Assembly (NCBI GenBank): GCA_017939155.1
Contig: JAGAZZ010000008.1
Coordinates: 5,963 to 69,962, forward strand
DNA length: 64,000 nt
Direction of reading: 5' to 3'
Source of the DNA: Alphaproteobacteria bacterium
GTDB taxonomy: Bacteria; Pseudomonadota; Alphaproteobacteria; RF32; CAG-239
The position numbers and the translations under genes were made by a program. The notes below the pieces were generated by a model. The model saw nothing but the letters and a program-made list of their open reading frames with translations. It had not been told where the DNA came from and did not search any database. The first letter of the stretch is position 1. Each line of letters opens with the position of its first letter. Positions 8,440 to 18,700 of the stretch are shown piece after piece.

Positions 8440-10188
8440 TCAACGCACCTGATAGAGGATTCCCGCAACATCTTCGCCGTTTTCTTTCCTTAAAACGAGC
8501 GGGTAGGCGTTAATTTCTTTAAAACCAACACTTTCGAGTGTTTTCTTAACATAGTTTTCCGAATGTTTATACCGTCCGTTTGCCATAAGGTAATAGTCTT
8601 TTCCCCGTTCTTCATCAGCCGATTCGACGGAAAACCACACCTCACACCCCAAAAGCTCTTTTAGCACTTCATCAAGCGCTCCCATATAGCAAAACACGTC
8701 AAACGCCACCACCAAATCATACTTATTAAGGGTAGGGCTCTTAGAACGTAAAAAAGACAAAATATCTTGTTGATATAATGCCTCATAATTGCCTTTAGCC
8801 CGAGCCACCTCAAGCATTCCGCCGGAAACATCCACCCCGATAAAAGCATTATCCTTACTTTTAAGCGCCGCCGCGGCTCGTCCCGTACCGCACCCCAAAT
8901 CAAGCACGCGTCCCGTAACACCACCATGAATTTCCTTAAATTTTTCAATAATTTTCGGCTCTAACTTCTCAATCGTTTCATCAAATGTCGCCGCAAAGGT
9001 GTCAAACAGCCCTTCGCTGTACGTTATATCATTATCCGCCGTCCCGCCGCTCATACCGCTCAAGAGTCGTTTGGAAAACACATTATCCGGCTCCTGTTTC
9101 TGCCAATTTTCGGCAATTTTGAGCGCCAACTCAGCATTTTGTTGGAACAATTGCGCCAATGTTTCGGCAATATTGACCATAAAAGTCTTGTTCTCGGGCG
9201 CTTTAATATGCGCGTTAAACATCAGCCCTAAAGCTTCTTCCAAATCTCCGGTTTCTTTTAAGATAAGCGCCAGATTATAGCTGACCTCGGGCTTTTCCGG
9301 TGCCAGCGCCGCCGCTTTGCGATACTCTTCCAAAGCCTCAGTAAACCGCCCGGTCTGATATAACAAAATTCCGTAGTTCAAATGCGCACCGGCAAGTTCT
9401 CTTGTCTGTTCAAAACTCTTAAGATAATATTTCTCTGCTTTGTCAAACTCTTTTTGTGCCAAATAAATATCTGCCGCGCCCAAAAGCGCCGCAACATCTT
9501 TATCATTTAAGTTCAAAACCTTATGATAAAAAATTAAAGAAACGTTAAAATCTCCTTTTTGCTGATAAAACTCAGCCATCGCCAATAGCCCGTCACTCCG
9601 TTCCGGCGCCGCCGCAACCGCACGTTTTAAATATCGCTCCCGAGCCGTCATATCTTCCGCACATTCTGCCGCCTTAAAGTTTGCGAAAAAGCTCGTTTCA
9701 TTTTCATCTGCAATCTTAAAAAGCATCGCTTTATCTTTGCTGTAAAAGCATAAATTCACTCTTGCCTCTTCATAATCACTGTCAATTTCAAGCGCTTTGC
9801 AAAAATCCTTAATTCCGTCTTCAAGCGCACCGCCTAAAGCTTTCCAAACCCCGAGCGTGTTCCACCCTTCCTTAAAATCAGGCTTTAGATAAACAGACTT
9901 GTCTAACGCTTCTCTTGCTTCATTATTTTTATTCAAGGCTTTATAGCTCAAAGCTAAATTAAAAAAATGGGCAAAAAACGGCACCGGCGCATACTTAATC
10001 GCATTCAAAAAACAATCAACCGCTTTAATTTCATCGCCTCTGGCTTGTGCAATCAACCCCAAAAGATTCCACACATCAGAGTTTTCCGGCATAACCTGCA
10101 GCATTTTAAGATAAATTGCCTCCGCCTCATTAAGCGCCCCGGCATTATGCAACTCAACGGCTTTTTGAAACATTAAATCGTATGACAT
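8440..10188 (-). CDS. TPR-repeat protein fused to a class I SAM-dependent methyltransferase
   Basis: Multiple 34-aa TPR-like repeats in the N-terminal ~400 aa. The C-terminus has VLDLGCGTGR (SAM motif I) and VVAFDVF. Confidence 0.8.
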   Translation of the reverse strand: MSYDLMFQKAVELHNAGALNEAEAIYLKMLQVMPENSDVWNLLGLIAQARGDEIKAVDCFLNAIKYAPVPFFAHFFNLALSYKALNKNNEAREALDKSVYLKPDFKEGWNTLGVWKALGGALEDGIKDFCKALEIDSDYEEARVNLCFYSKDKAMLFKIADENETSFFANFKAAECAEDMTARERYLKRAVAAAPERSDGLLAMAEFYQQKGDFNVSLIFYHKVLNLNDKDVAALLGAADIYLAQKEFDKAEKYYLKSFEQTRELAGAHLNYGILLYQTGRFTEALEEYRKAAALAPEKPEVSYNLALILKETGDLEEALGLMFNAHIKAPENKTFMVNIAETLAQLFQQNAELALKIAENWQKQEPDNVFSKRLLSGMSGGTADNDITYSEGLFDTFAATFDETIEKLEPKIIEKFKEIHGGVTGRVLDLGCGTGRAAAALKSKDNAFIGVDVSGGMLEVARAKGNYEALYQQDILSFLRSKSPTLNKYDLVVAFDVFCYMGALDEVLKELLGCEVWFSVESADEERGKDYYLMANGRYKHSENYVKKTLESVGFKEINAYPLVLRKENGEDVAGILYQVR

Positions 10189-10249
10189 ATCAATTCCTTA
10201 CTTCAAAATTCTAAAATCACCTGCAGGCTCTGCCTGCACCCAGCCCTCC

Positions 10250-11005
10250 CTAAAAATCATCTAACATCCGCCACAACTCTGCAATATCTGCGTCGCTTCC
10301 CAGCCTATGGTCAGAGTCTTTAAGAAGCACCACTTTCACATCATCGCTTAAAACTTTCTCTGCAATCAGCAGAGCCGTCCGCCAGTCTAAAGATTTATCT
10401 TTCATTCCCTGTAACAACCGCACCTTGCCCGAAAAAGGAATAACCTCTTTATCAAGCAATAAATTTTCCTCAGCCGATTCAATCATCTTTTTTGTAATAA
10501 CATACTTAAAATCTTCTACCGGAAACTCAAGCTTGCCATATTTTTCTAAAATCTCTTTATGTTTAGGCTGAAAATACGCTTCAAAATAGGTTTTCAAAAA
10601 ATCTGGTGCCGCCGCTAACCCAAACACTCCTTTGATTTTTTTTGGAAAACGGCACGCAGCCAACAGCGACAGCCACCCGCCAAGCGAAGCCCCTCCCACC
10701 ACAACATCGCCGTCAATCATCTCATCGATAATTTCAAAAAGCTGTTGTTTATAAGTATTTAGCGTTGTTTCTTCAAATCGGCTCACATCTTCTCCATGTC
10801 CCGCCAGCTCATAGCGCACAAATCCCCGACCATGCTTTAAACACCATTTTTTTATCTCCTCAGGCTTGCGCCCAAACGGGTCAGAACAAAATCCGTGTGT
10901 ATAAACCACAGTAAAATTTTGAGTTTTTAAAGCCTCAGGCTTAATATGTTCAATAAATGTGGTGTGTCCGTTTTTAAATGTGAATTTTTGCATAAGGCGC
11001 CTCAT
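10250..11005 (-). CDS. alpha/beta hydrolase
   Basis: HGF oxyanion region, nucleophile elbow GGASLGGW, and C-terminal DSDH. Confidence 0.75.
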   Translation of the reverse strand: MRRLMQKFTFKNGHTTFIEHIKPEALKTQNFTVVYTHGFCSDPFGRKPEEIKKWCLKHGRGFVRYELAGHGEDVSRFEETTLNTYKQQLFEIIDEMIDGDVVVGGASLGGWLSLLAACRFPKKIKGVFGLAAAPDFLKTYFEAYFQPKHKEILEKYGKLEFPVEDFKYVITKKMIESAEENLLLDKEVIPFSGKVRLLQGMKDKSLDWRTALLIAEKVLSDDVKVVLLKDSDHRLGSDADIAELWRMLDDF

Positions 11006-11038
11006 AAAGTTAACTTGATTAGAGGTATATATACTAAA

Positions 11039-12202
11039 ATGAGTAAAGATAAAGTAAAAGCTCCGGTTGTTTTGCAGGTTTTGCCCGAATTAGGGCAGGG
11101 CGGCGTTGAATTAGGCACGGTGCAGATTGCCGAAGCATTGAGCCATAACGGCATAAAAAACTATGTTGCCAGTCAGGGCGGCAGGCTGGAGTTTCAACTT
11201 GAAAGAATAGGTGTCAAACATTTCAAGCTTCCCTTAAAGAGCAAAAATCCTTTTAAAATAATAGCTAACGCCAACAAACTCGCCGAAATTATCAAAAAAG
11301 AGGGTATAAATATCGTTCACGCCCGTTCGCGTGCTCCCGCTTGGAGCGCTTATCTTGCCGCCAAAAAAGCCGGCGTGCATTATATGACCACGTTTCACGG
11401 CACTTACGGTCTGGGTCCTAAAGGCATAAAAAAACTCTATAATCAGGTGATGACCTTTGGTGAAAAAGTTATTGTGATTTCTTCGCATATCAAACGCCAC
11501 GTCATGGAAAATTATCACACCCCCGAAGATAAACTCGTGTTTATTCATCGTTGCGTGGATACTGAAAAGTTTAATCCGGCTTCCGTTACGCCTGAACGCC
11601 TGAAAAATATGATAGAGCAATACGAATTGCCGACAGATAAAAAAATCATCCTGCTCATCGGTCGTTTAACCCGTTGGAAAGGTCAAGAACTTTTAATTGA
11701 CGCTCTGTCCAAGATTAAAGACCGCGGTGACTTTCATTGCGTCTTCACCGGTGATGACCAGGGGCGCACCAAATACACCGAAGGGCTGATAAACAAAATT
11801 AAAGAATACAATATGCAGGGAATGTTTACATTCATCAAGCATACTGACGATGTGCCTGCCTTAATGAAAGCCTGCGATATTGTCGTTTCCGCCTCCATTG
11901 AGCCTGAGGCGTTTGGGCGGATTGCGGCTGAAGGTGAAGCCATGGGCAAAATCGTTCTTGCTTCAAACATTGGCGGTTCACTTGATAACTTAAAAGACGG
12001 CGTCACCGGACGCCACTTCATCTCAGGCAATGCTGAAGATTTAAGCCAAAAACTTGACTGGGCTTTAAGCCTGCCGGAAAGCGAACGCAAAAAAATCTCC
12101 ACGGCTGCTGAAAATTTTGTAAAAGAAAACTTTACAAAACAAATAATGTGTGATAAAACGCTAGCCGTCTATCGCTCATTGATAGACAAAGATAATAACT
12201 AA
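11039..12202 (+). CDS. glycosyltransferase family 4 (GT-B)
   Basis: N-terminal GGVE motif, a C-terminal EPEAFGR.. E(x7)E-type motif, and GR.T..KG. The ATG at 11039 was chosen because the track start at 10946 overlaps the divergent gene. Confidence 0.85.
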   Translation: MSKDKVKAPVVLQVLPELGQGGVELGTVQIAEALSHNGIKNYVASQGGRLEFQLERIGVKHFKLPLKSKNPFKIIANANKLAEIIKKEGINIVHARSRAPAWSAYLAAKKAGVHYMTTFHGTYGLGPKGIKKLYNQVMTFGEKVIVISSHIKRHVMENYHTPEDKLVFIHRCVDTEKFNPASVTPERLKNMIEQYELPTDKKIILLIGRLTRWKGQELLIDALSKIKDRGDFHCVFTGDDQGRTKYTEGLINKIKEYNMQGMFTFIKHTDDVPALMKACDIVVSASIEPEAFGRIAAEGEAMGKIVLASNIGGSLDNLKDGVTGRHFISGNAEDLSQKLDWALSLPESERKKISTAAENFVKENFTKQIMCDKTLAVYRSLIDKDNN

Positions 12203-12225
12203 CTTTAAGACTAAAGGGGTATAAA

Positions 12226-14154
12226 ATGATTAAGATTGAACTGCCTGACGGCAGCATAAAGGAAGTTGCAAGCCCAATTTCAGGGCTCGAACTTGCAGAA
12301 AGTATAAGTCATAATCTGGCTGAGGCCGCATTAGCCGTTGAGATTAACGGCACATTAAAAGATGTCACTACCCCGATAACTACCAACGCCAAAGTGCGCC
12401 TTATTACCTCTAAAGATAAAGAGGGCTTGGAAATCCTGCGCCACTCTTGCTCACACGTTATGTCTGAAGCCGTTAAAGAACTTTGGCCGGATGTTCAAGT
12501 CACCATTGGTCCGTTCATTGAAAACGGTTTTTATTACGACTTTTCAAGAAAAGAACCTTTTACTACCGAAGATTTTGAAAAAATCGAAGCAAAAATGCAC
12601 GAAATCGTTAAACGCAACGAAAAGATTACGCGTGAAGTCGTCAGCCGTGAACAGGCAATTGCTTTGTTTAAAGCTCGTGGCGAGCACTACAAAGTTGAAA
12701 TTATTGAAGATTTGCCTGCAGACGCCGAAATTTCATTATATCGTCAAGGTGAATATGTTGACCTCTGCCGCGGACCGCACGTTCCTTCAACCGGAAAAAT
12801 CGGTGACGCTTTCAAATTAATGAAAGTTGCCGGCGCATATTGGCGCGGCGATTCGAACAACGAAATGTTGCAACGAATCTACGCAACCGCATGGGCGAAC
12901 AAAAAAGACTTAAAAGAATATTTAGACCGCATGGAAGAAGCCGCCAAGCGTGACCATAGAAAACTCGGTCGGGAGATGGATTTGTTCCACTTTGAACCGG
13001 AATATGCTCCCGGTGCTGTTTTTTGGCATGATAAAGGTTATAAAGTATACCGCCGCTTAATCGAATATATGCGTAACCGTCAAGACCATAACGGTTATGA
13101 AGAAATCTCCACCCCGCGCATTATGGACAGATGTTTGTGGGAAACTTCCGGTCACTGGGAAAAATACGGCGCGCATAACTATTCCGGACAAACCGAAGAC
13201 GGCAAAATGTTCTGCATTAAGCCGATGAACTGCCCCGGCGGCTTGCTCGTTTATAAACAAGGTCTGAAAAGTTATCGTGACCTGCCGTTAAGATTGGCGG
13301 AGTTCGGCAAGGTAAACCGTTATGAAGCTTCCGGCGCTTTGATGGGCTTAATGCGTGTCCGTGAGTTCACGCAAGACGATGCACACATCTTCTGCACACC
13401 GGAGCAAATGGAAGAAGAATGTATCTCCACCATGAAGTTGATTTTTGATATTTATAAAGACTTCGGTTTTGATAAAATCAAAATCTATCTTTCCACCCGT
13501 CCCGAAAAACGTATCGGTTCGGACGAAATTTGGGATATATCAGAAAAATCTTTGGCAAACGCGCTGGAAAAACACGGCTACGAATATGAAATCAACGAAG
13601 GCGAGGGCGCTTTCTACGGTCCGAAGCTGGAGTTCATTTTGCGTGACGCTATCGGTCGTGAATGGCAATGCGGTACAATTCAGGTAGATATGAACCTCCC
13701 GCAACGTTTTGATATTTCTTATATCGGTGAAGACGGCGAAAAGCACCAGCCGGTGATGTTGCACCGGGCGCTATTCGGCTCAATCGAGCGCTTTTTGGGT
13801 ATCTTGATTGAACATCACGCAGGAAAATTGCCGCTATGGCTCTCTCCTGAACAAGTTGTTGTTATGCCGGTTGTTTCCGCGTTTGACAACTACGCGGAAG
13901 TTGTTGCCAAGACATTGCGTGCCGCAGGTCTTACCGCTAAAACCGACCTGCGCAATGAAAAGATTAACTATAAAATCCGCGAACACTCTTTAGAAAAAAT
14001 TCCGGTCATTATGGTTGTCGGCGCTAAAGAAGAAGCAGACAAGACGGTCACTATCCGCCGCCTGGGCTCTGAAAAGCAAGAAGTCAAACCGTTAACGGAG
14101 GCTGTTGCCGAGCTGGTTAAAGAAGCGCAAATGCCGCACTTAACCGAAGCTTAA
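12226..14154 (+). CDS. thrS: threonine--tRNA ligase
   Basis: TGS N-terminus, editing-domain HSCSH, class II core (FRRL-like, GFYYD, RVREFTQDDAHIF) and an anticodon-binding C-terminus. Confidence 0.97.
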   Translation: MIKIELPDGSIKEVASPISGLELAESISHNLAEAALAVEINGTLKDVTTPITTNAKVRLITSKDKEGLEILRHSCSHVMSEAVKELWPDVQVTIGPFIENGFYYDFSRKEPFTTEDFEKIEAKMHEIVKRNEKITREVVSREQAIALFKARGEHYKVEIIEDLPADAEISLYRQGEYVDLCRGPHVPSTGKIGDAFKLMKVAGAYWRGDSNNEMLQRIYATAWANKKDLKEYLDRMEEAAKRDHRKLGREMDLFHFEPEYAPGAVFWHDKGYKVYRRLIEYMRNRQDHNGYEEISTPRIMDRCLWETSGHWEKYGAHNYSGQTEDGKMFCIKPMNCPGGLLVYKQGLKSYRDLPLRLAEFGKVNRYEASGALMGLMRVREFTQDDAHIFCTPEQMEEECISTMKLIFDIYKDFGFDKIKIYLSTRPEKRIGSDEIWDISEKSLANALEKHGYEYEINEGEGAFYGPKLEFILRDAIGREWQCGTIQVDMNLPQRFDISYIGEDGEKHQPVMLHRALFGSIERFLGILIEHHAGKLPLWLSPEQVVVMPVVSAFDNYAEVVAKTLRAAGLTAKTDLRNEKINYKIREHSLEKIPVIMVVGAKEEADKTVTIRRLGSEKQEVKPLTEAVAELVKEAQMPHLTEA

Positions 14155-14171
14155 AGAAAAGAAAAAAATAA

Positions 14172-14205
14172 AACGCGGAGCCTCAAAACTCCGCGTTTTT
14201 CTTAT
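14172..14205 (+). terminator. thrS terminator
   Basis: AACGCGGAG / CTCCGCGTT stem followed by TTTTCTT. Confidence 0.75.
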
Positions 14206-14260
14206 TTGTTAACAGCTTATTAAACTTCTTTTTGTAAAATAACAAAAAAAAGGAGGACTT

Positions 14261-15016
14261 ATGCCAAACAAATATGCCGCATTATTTTTAACGCTTATAC
14301 TGTCAACCCCGGTTTTAGCAGAAGTTGACATAAAACGCTATATCACCCCGGACGATGTCCAATGTTCACTCAAAGCCCCGCAAAACATTATGTTTTGCAC
14401 TGATAACGACGGTGCACCGATTACCGGTGAAATGGTCAAATATTTTGAAGGCACGATAATTAGACTTTACACCCTAAAAGACGGAATCCTTGACGGCACC
14501 GGGTATGTTTACTACACCGACGGCACGCCAAAATCAGAAATTCCCTACATCCAGGGTCAAGTTAACGGCATAATGAAAAAATATGACCGCATGGGCAAAT
14601 TAAGCGAAGAAATACCTTATCAAAACAATAAAAAAGAGGGTATCGCCAAATATTATGACGAAAAAGGCTCCCTTATCAGCCAAATGGTCTATTTAGATGA
14701 TGAGCCGAACGGTGATATGTATATCTATGACAGTTTAAAAAAAATCCCCCTCTATCGCCTAAAAAACCTCAGCGGTCAGTTTATCTCCGGCACCTATACT
14801 TATCAAATTGCCGATACTAAACTCAAAACCGTCCAAATTCCGGACGTAATCATCACGGCGTTTAATAAAAAATGTCTTGATTTTCAACCCGCACTTACCA
14901 CGTCGCCTTGCGCCGCATTTTATAACCAAAATTCTGAATGTGACCAAGCCTGGCGAAAGAGAAATCGCCAAGCCGTGCGCGCCTACCTAAAAACCTGCGG
15001 AGAGGAAAATGAATAA
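14261..15016 (+). CDS. secreted MORN-variant (YwqK-like) repeat protein
   Basis: Signal peptide ending ...PVLAEV. Repeated G...Y...G....E.PY..G...G units (YYTDGTPKSEIPYIQGQVNG, KKEGIAKYYDEKG). Confidence 0.6.
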   Translation: MPNKYAALFLTLILSTPVLAEVDIKRYITPDDVQCSLKAPQNIMFCTDNDGAPITGEMVKYFEGTIIRLYTLKDGILDGTGYVYYTDGTPKSEIPYIQGQVNGIMKKYDRMGKLSEEIPYQNNKKEGIAKYYDEKGSLISQMVYLDDEPNGDMYIYDSLKKIPLYRLKNLSGQFISGTYTYQIADTKLKTVQIPDVIITAFNKKCLDFQPALTTSPCAAFYNQNSECDQAWRKRNRQAVRAYLKTCGEENE

Positions 15017-15584
15017 TCTCAAACGTTTAAGAAAAGAGCAGGGGTTAACCGTCACCGAACTGGCCCGCCGCCTCTCCATCTCGCAAGCTAATTTAACCAA
15101 AATAGAAAATTCTCAAATCGGGCTAAAACCGGATTTAGCTGAAAAAATTGCCGCTATCTTAAACGTTTCACCACAGGCTATTGAGCCGCAAAATGCTCTC
15201 AAACAGCCAAACGGCTTAACCGAGCTTGAAATCATTAATCCCGAGGTCTTAAATCTGCCGGCACACACAACGCTTCCAATCCTAAATCAGCTCCCAACCA
15301 AGACTTGCTTTTTATACATAATGCCTGATGACACAATGGCGCCGACCCTCTTAAAACACGAGCTTGTGATTGTTGACACCTCTTGCCAAAATTTTCAGGA
15401 AAACGGGCTTTATCTCTTAAAAACACAAGACAATTTTGAGCTTGTCCGCCTGCAACGCTTTAAAGAGAACCAAGTCAAAGTCATCTTTGATAATAAAAAC
15501 TACGAAAGTTATGAAATTCCCGCTTCAGAGCTCACGATTAAAGCCAAAATCCTTTATGCCGTAAACTTAAAAAAGCTCGGCTGA
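15009..15584 (+). CDS. XRE-family HTH plus S24 (LexA/cI)-like domain regulator
   Basis: N-terminal LRKEQGLTVTELARRLSISQANLTKIE HTH. The C-terminus is S24-like, but PDDTMAP replaces GDSM. Overlaps the previous gene by 8 nt. Confidence 0.7.
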   Translation: MNNLKRLRKEQGLTVTELARRLSISQANLTKIENSQIGLKPDLAEKIAAILNVSPQAIEPQNALKQPNGLTELEIINPEVLNLPAHTTLPILNQLPTKTCFLYIMPDDTMAPTLLKHELVIVDTSCQNFQENGLYLLKTQDNFELVRLQRFKENQVKVIFDNKNYESYEIPASELTIKAKILYAVNLKKLG

Positions 15585-15785
15585 TATATCAATATTGTGT
15601 ATTTTTATTAAAAAAATATTGTTTTGCCCCATATTTTAGATATGTTGAAATTAAAGGTTCCTTTTTTGTCAGCAGCGCGCTAAAAATGGACAATAAATAA
15701 ATTCAAAGACTTATTGAAGCACCTTTTTCTTTTTTGCTGCGTATAAAAAAGGAACGTTTAAAGTACGCAAATAAAGAGGAAAACA

Positions 15786-18700
15786 ATGTTACAAAAAAGC
15801 CAAATACGCCGCAAAACGATTTTTTTTATGAGTATATTTAGCCTGCTTTTCTGCCAACTTATGTTTGCAACGAGGCCTAGCGCAAATGAGAATCCGACCC
15901 CGGAACAAATCTATAACGCAGCCAAGATTCGTGATGGCAAAGCTCTGCAAAACTATAAGAAATTTATTAACATTGAAGATGAAAACGGTCAAACTGCCCT
16001 CTGTTTGGCTCAACAAAATAAAGATAAATACAGTTACGAAATGCTCCTTGTTTTCGGGGCAGACCGTGAGGTGGACTGTCACGATGACAAAGACCCGATT
16101 TGTGCTATCGTCGTTGGTGAAAAATTAAAATTATCTCCCGCCGGTGCGTGGATTTTAGCCGGAACGGCAACCGCCGGGGCTATTGCCGGAATTGCCGCCG
16201 GAACAGATTTGATTAATCATCACGAGCCCTGTCCCGAAGGTTATTCCAAACGCTACAAAACCGTGGCTGATTGCGGTGTCACCGGTGCCGAGGGGTGGCT
16301 CTGGGAAGATGGCGGCATACATCACCGCGACCAATGCGGCAAATGTACCCCGAAAGAATATGACACCGGCTGTTCCATCTTATACCAATCCGTAGCAGAT
16401 TGCGGACCGCATGCAGGCGAGGGCTGGGAATGGTCAGCTTCCGGCTATTCGGGAGATGTATGGTGCGGTATCTGTACCCCGAAAATATGCCCGACAACCG
16501 AATCTCCAACCACGCGCGGCTCTTCAACTTTTTATCACACACCCTACCATTGCCCGATAAGAAAGTTTATGAAGCCGACCGCGCCCACACACGCCGGTTG
16601 GTATGGTGAAGAAGAATGTTTTACCTGTAACTATCAATGCGATGAAAAGACCGGCTTTGCCACGCAAACCGCTTGTCAAACCAATGCTGAGGGCGCTATT
16701 GGCTTCACTTGCCAGCTAGACCCCGCAACCCAATGTTATTATCGCTCTCACACGCCAAATCCCGATGCGCCGGACGGCGGCAAAAACGAATGTCCTGTGA
16801 CTGAATCCACCACCACACGCGGCTCTTCAACACTCTATAATATTCCTTATCACTGCCCCATCATCAAATTTATGAAGCCGACCACCCCCACACACGCCGG
16901 TTGGTCAGGCGATGAAGAATGCTTTACCTGTAATTATCAATGTGATGAAGAAACGGGCTTTGGCTCCCAAACCACTTGTCAAACCAATGACGAGGGCGGT
17001 ATCGGTTATACCTGCCAGCTAGACCCAACCTCAAAATGTTATTACCGCTCCCACACCCCCGACCCGGATAATCCGGACGGCGGCAGAAATGACTGTCCGG
17101 TTGATACTGCCCCAAATCGTATCGGTTCAAAAGTGGACTATATCAACCAAGCTTACTGTCCGACAAAACAATATATGACCGCAACCGGTGTTGAACGTGT
17201 CGCTTATAGCGGCGAAGAGGGGTGCTATACCTGTCTGTATAACTGTGATGAAGAAACAGGCTTTGCTTCCCAAACCGCTTGTCAAACCAATGACGAGGGC
17301 GCGACCGGTTACACCTGCCAGCTAGACCCAAGCTCTCAATGTTATTACCGTTCCCACACGCCAAACCCGGATAATCCCGATGGCGGGGAAAACGAATGTC
17401 CTAACACGGACTCTAAAACCACGCGTGGCTCATCAACCTTATATAATATCCCCGAGCATTGCCCGACAATTAAATATATGAAGCCGACCACCCCGACCTC
17501 AGCCGGCTGGTCAGGCGAAAAAGAATGTTTCACCTGTAATTATCAATGCGATGAAGAAACAGGCTTTGCTAATCAAACCACTTGCCAAACCAATGAAGCA
17601 GGCGCCACTGGCTATATATGCCAGCTAGACCCAACCTCAGGCTGTTATTATCGCTCGACCACGCCTAACCCTGATAATCCTGACCCTGGCAAAAAAGAGT
17701 GTCCGGTAGATAATGCTCAAAACCGTATTGGTTCAAAAATTGAATATATCAACCAAAACGCTTGTCCCACCAAGCAATATATGACCGTAACCGGTGTCGA
17801 ACCCGGCGCATATAGTGGTGAAGACCGTTGTTATACTTGTTTATACAACTGCGATGAAAAAGAGGGGTTTGCTTCAGAAACAACCTGTAAAACCAACGAA
17901 GCAGGCGCCATTGGCTACACTTGCCAGTTAGACCCCAAATCAGGCTGTTATTATCGCTCGACCACGCCTAACCCTGATAATCCTGACCCTGGCAAGACCC
18001 CGTGTACATCCCCCTTTGATGTCAAATATCAAGAAGTTTCAGACTGTGTCAAATACAACGGCGGTACAACCGATGGTTGGAATTGGACACAAAGCGGTTG
18101 GTCTGGCGAAGAAAAATGCGGCAATTGTGAAGCCAAAGCGTGTACGGCACCAAGCTCAACAGAGTATGAATCCACTGCAAACTGTCCTCCTCTTCCCAAC
18201 AAAATCGCCGTTGCCGTCCAAGCAACCGGCAACTACGCCGGCTCTGACCCGTGTAATGAATGTATTTACTGGTGCGACCCCGCACAACGTTCCTTTTCCA
18301 CACCGGAAGCCTGCGAAGCTAACGCCGCTGGTTCACAATGTATAGAAGCTGACGGTTGCTGGGTTGTTAAAGACGATTGTCCCGAAGGGTATCACACCTG
18401 GATACAAAATTGTAATAACAAGCAACATCCCTCAGGCTGGAAATTAGAATCTAACGGAAGCTCTAACGGCATAAGTTGTAATAAATGTGTTGAAATACCT
18501 TGCAGTCCTGCAAATGTAACCGATGTTTCAACTTGCGGGTCAACCGGAGCAGCCGGTTGGGAACTGGTTAGCAATGGTTATTCCGGAAATGACCTTTGCC
18601 AAATCTGTCAGGCTCTCACCTGTCCAAGCTCTGAAGAAACAGGGAGTTGCAGTGCGGGAACTTATGAAAACGTAACCGCCACTCCATCGGGAAATTATGC

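Noticed and set aside
10946-11038. N-terminal extension of the glycosyltransferase ORF
   Set aside because: The extension overlaps the divergently transcribed hydrolase gene by 60 nt and adds a non-homologous leader. The ATG at 11039 gives the conserved GT4 N-terminus.
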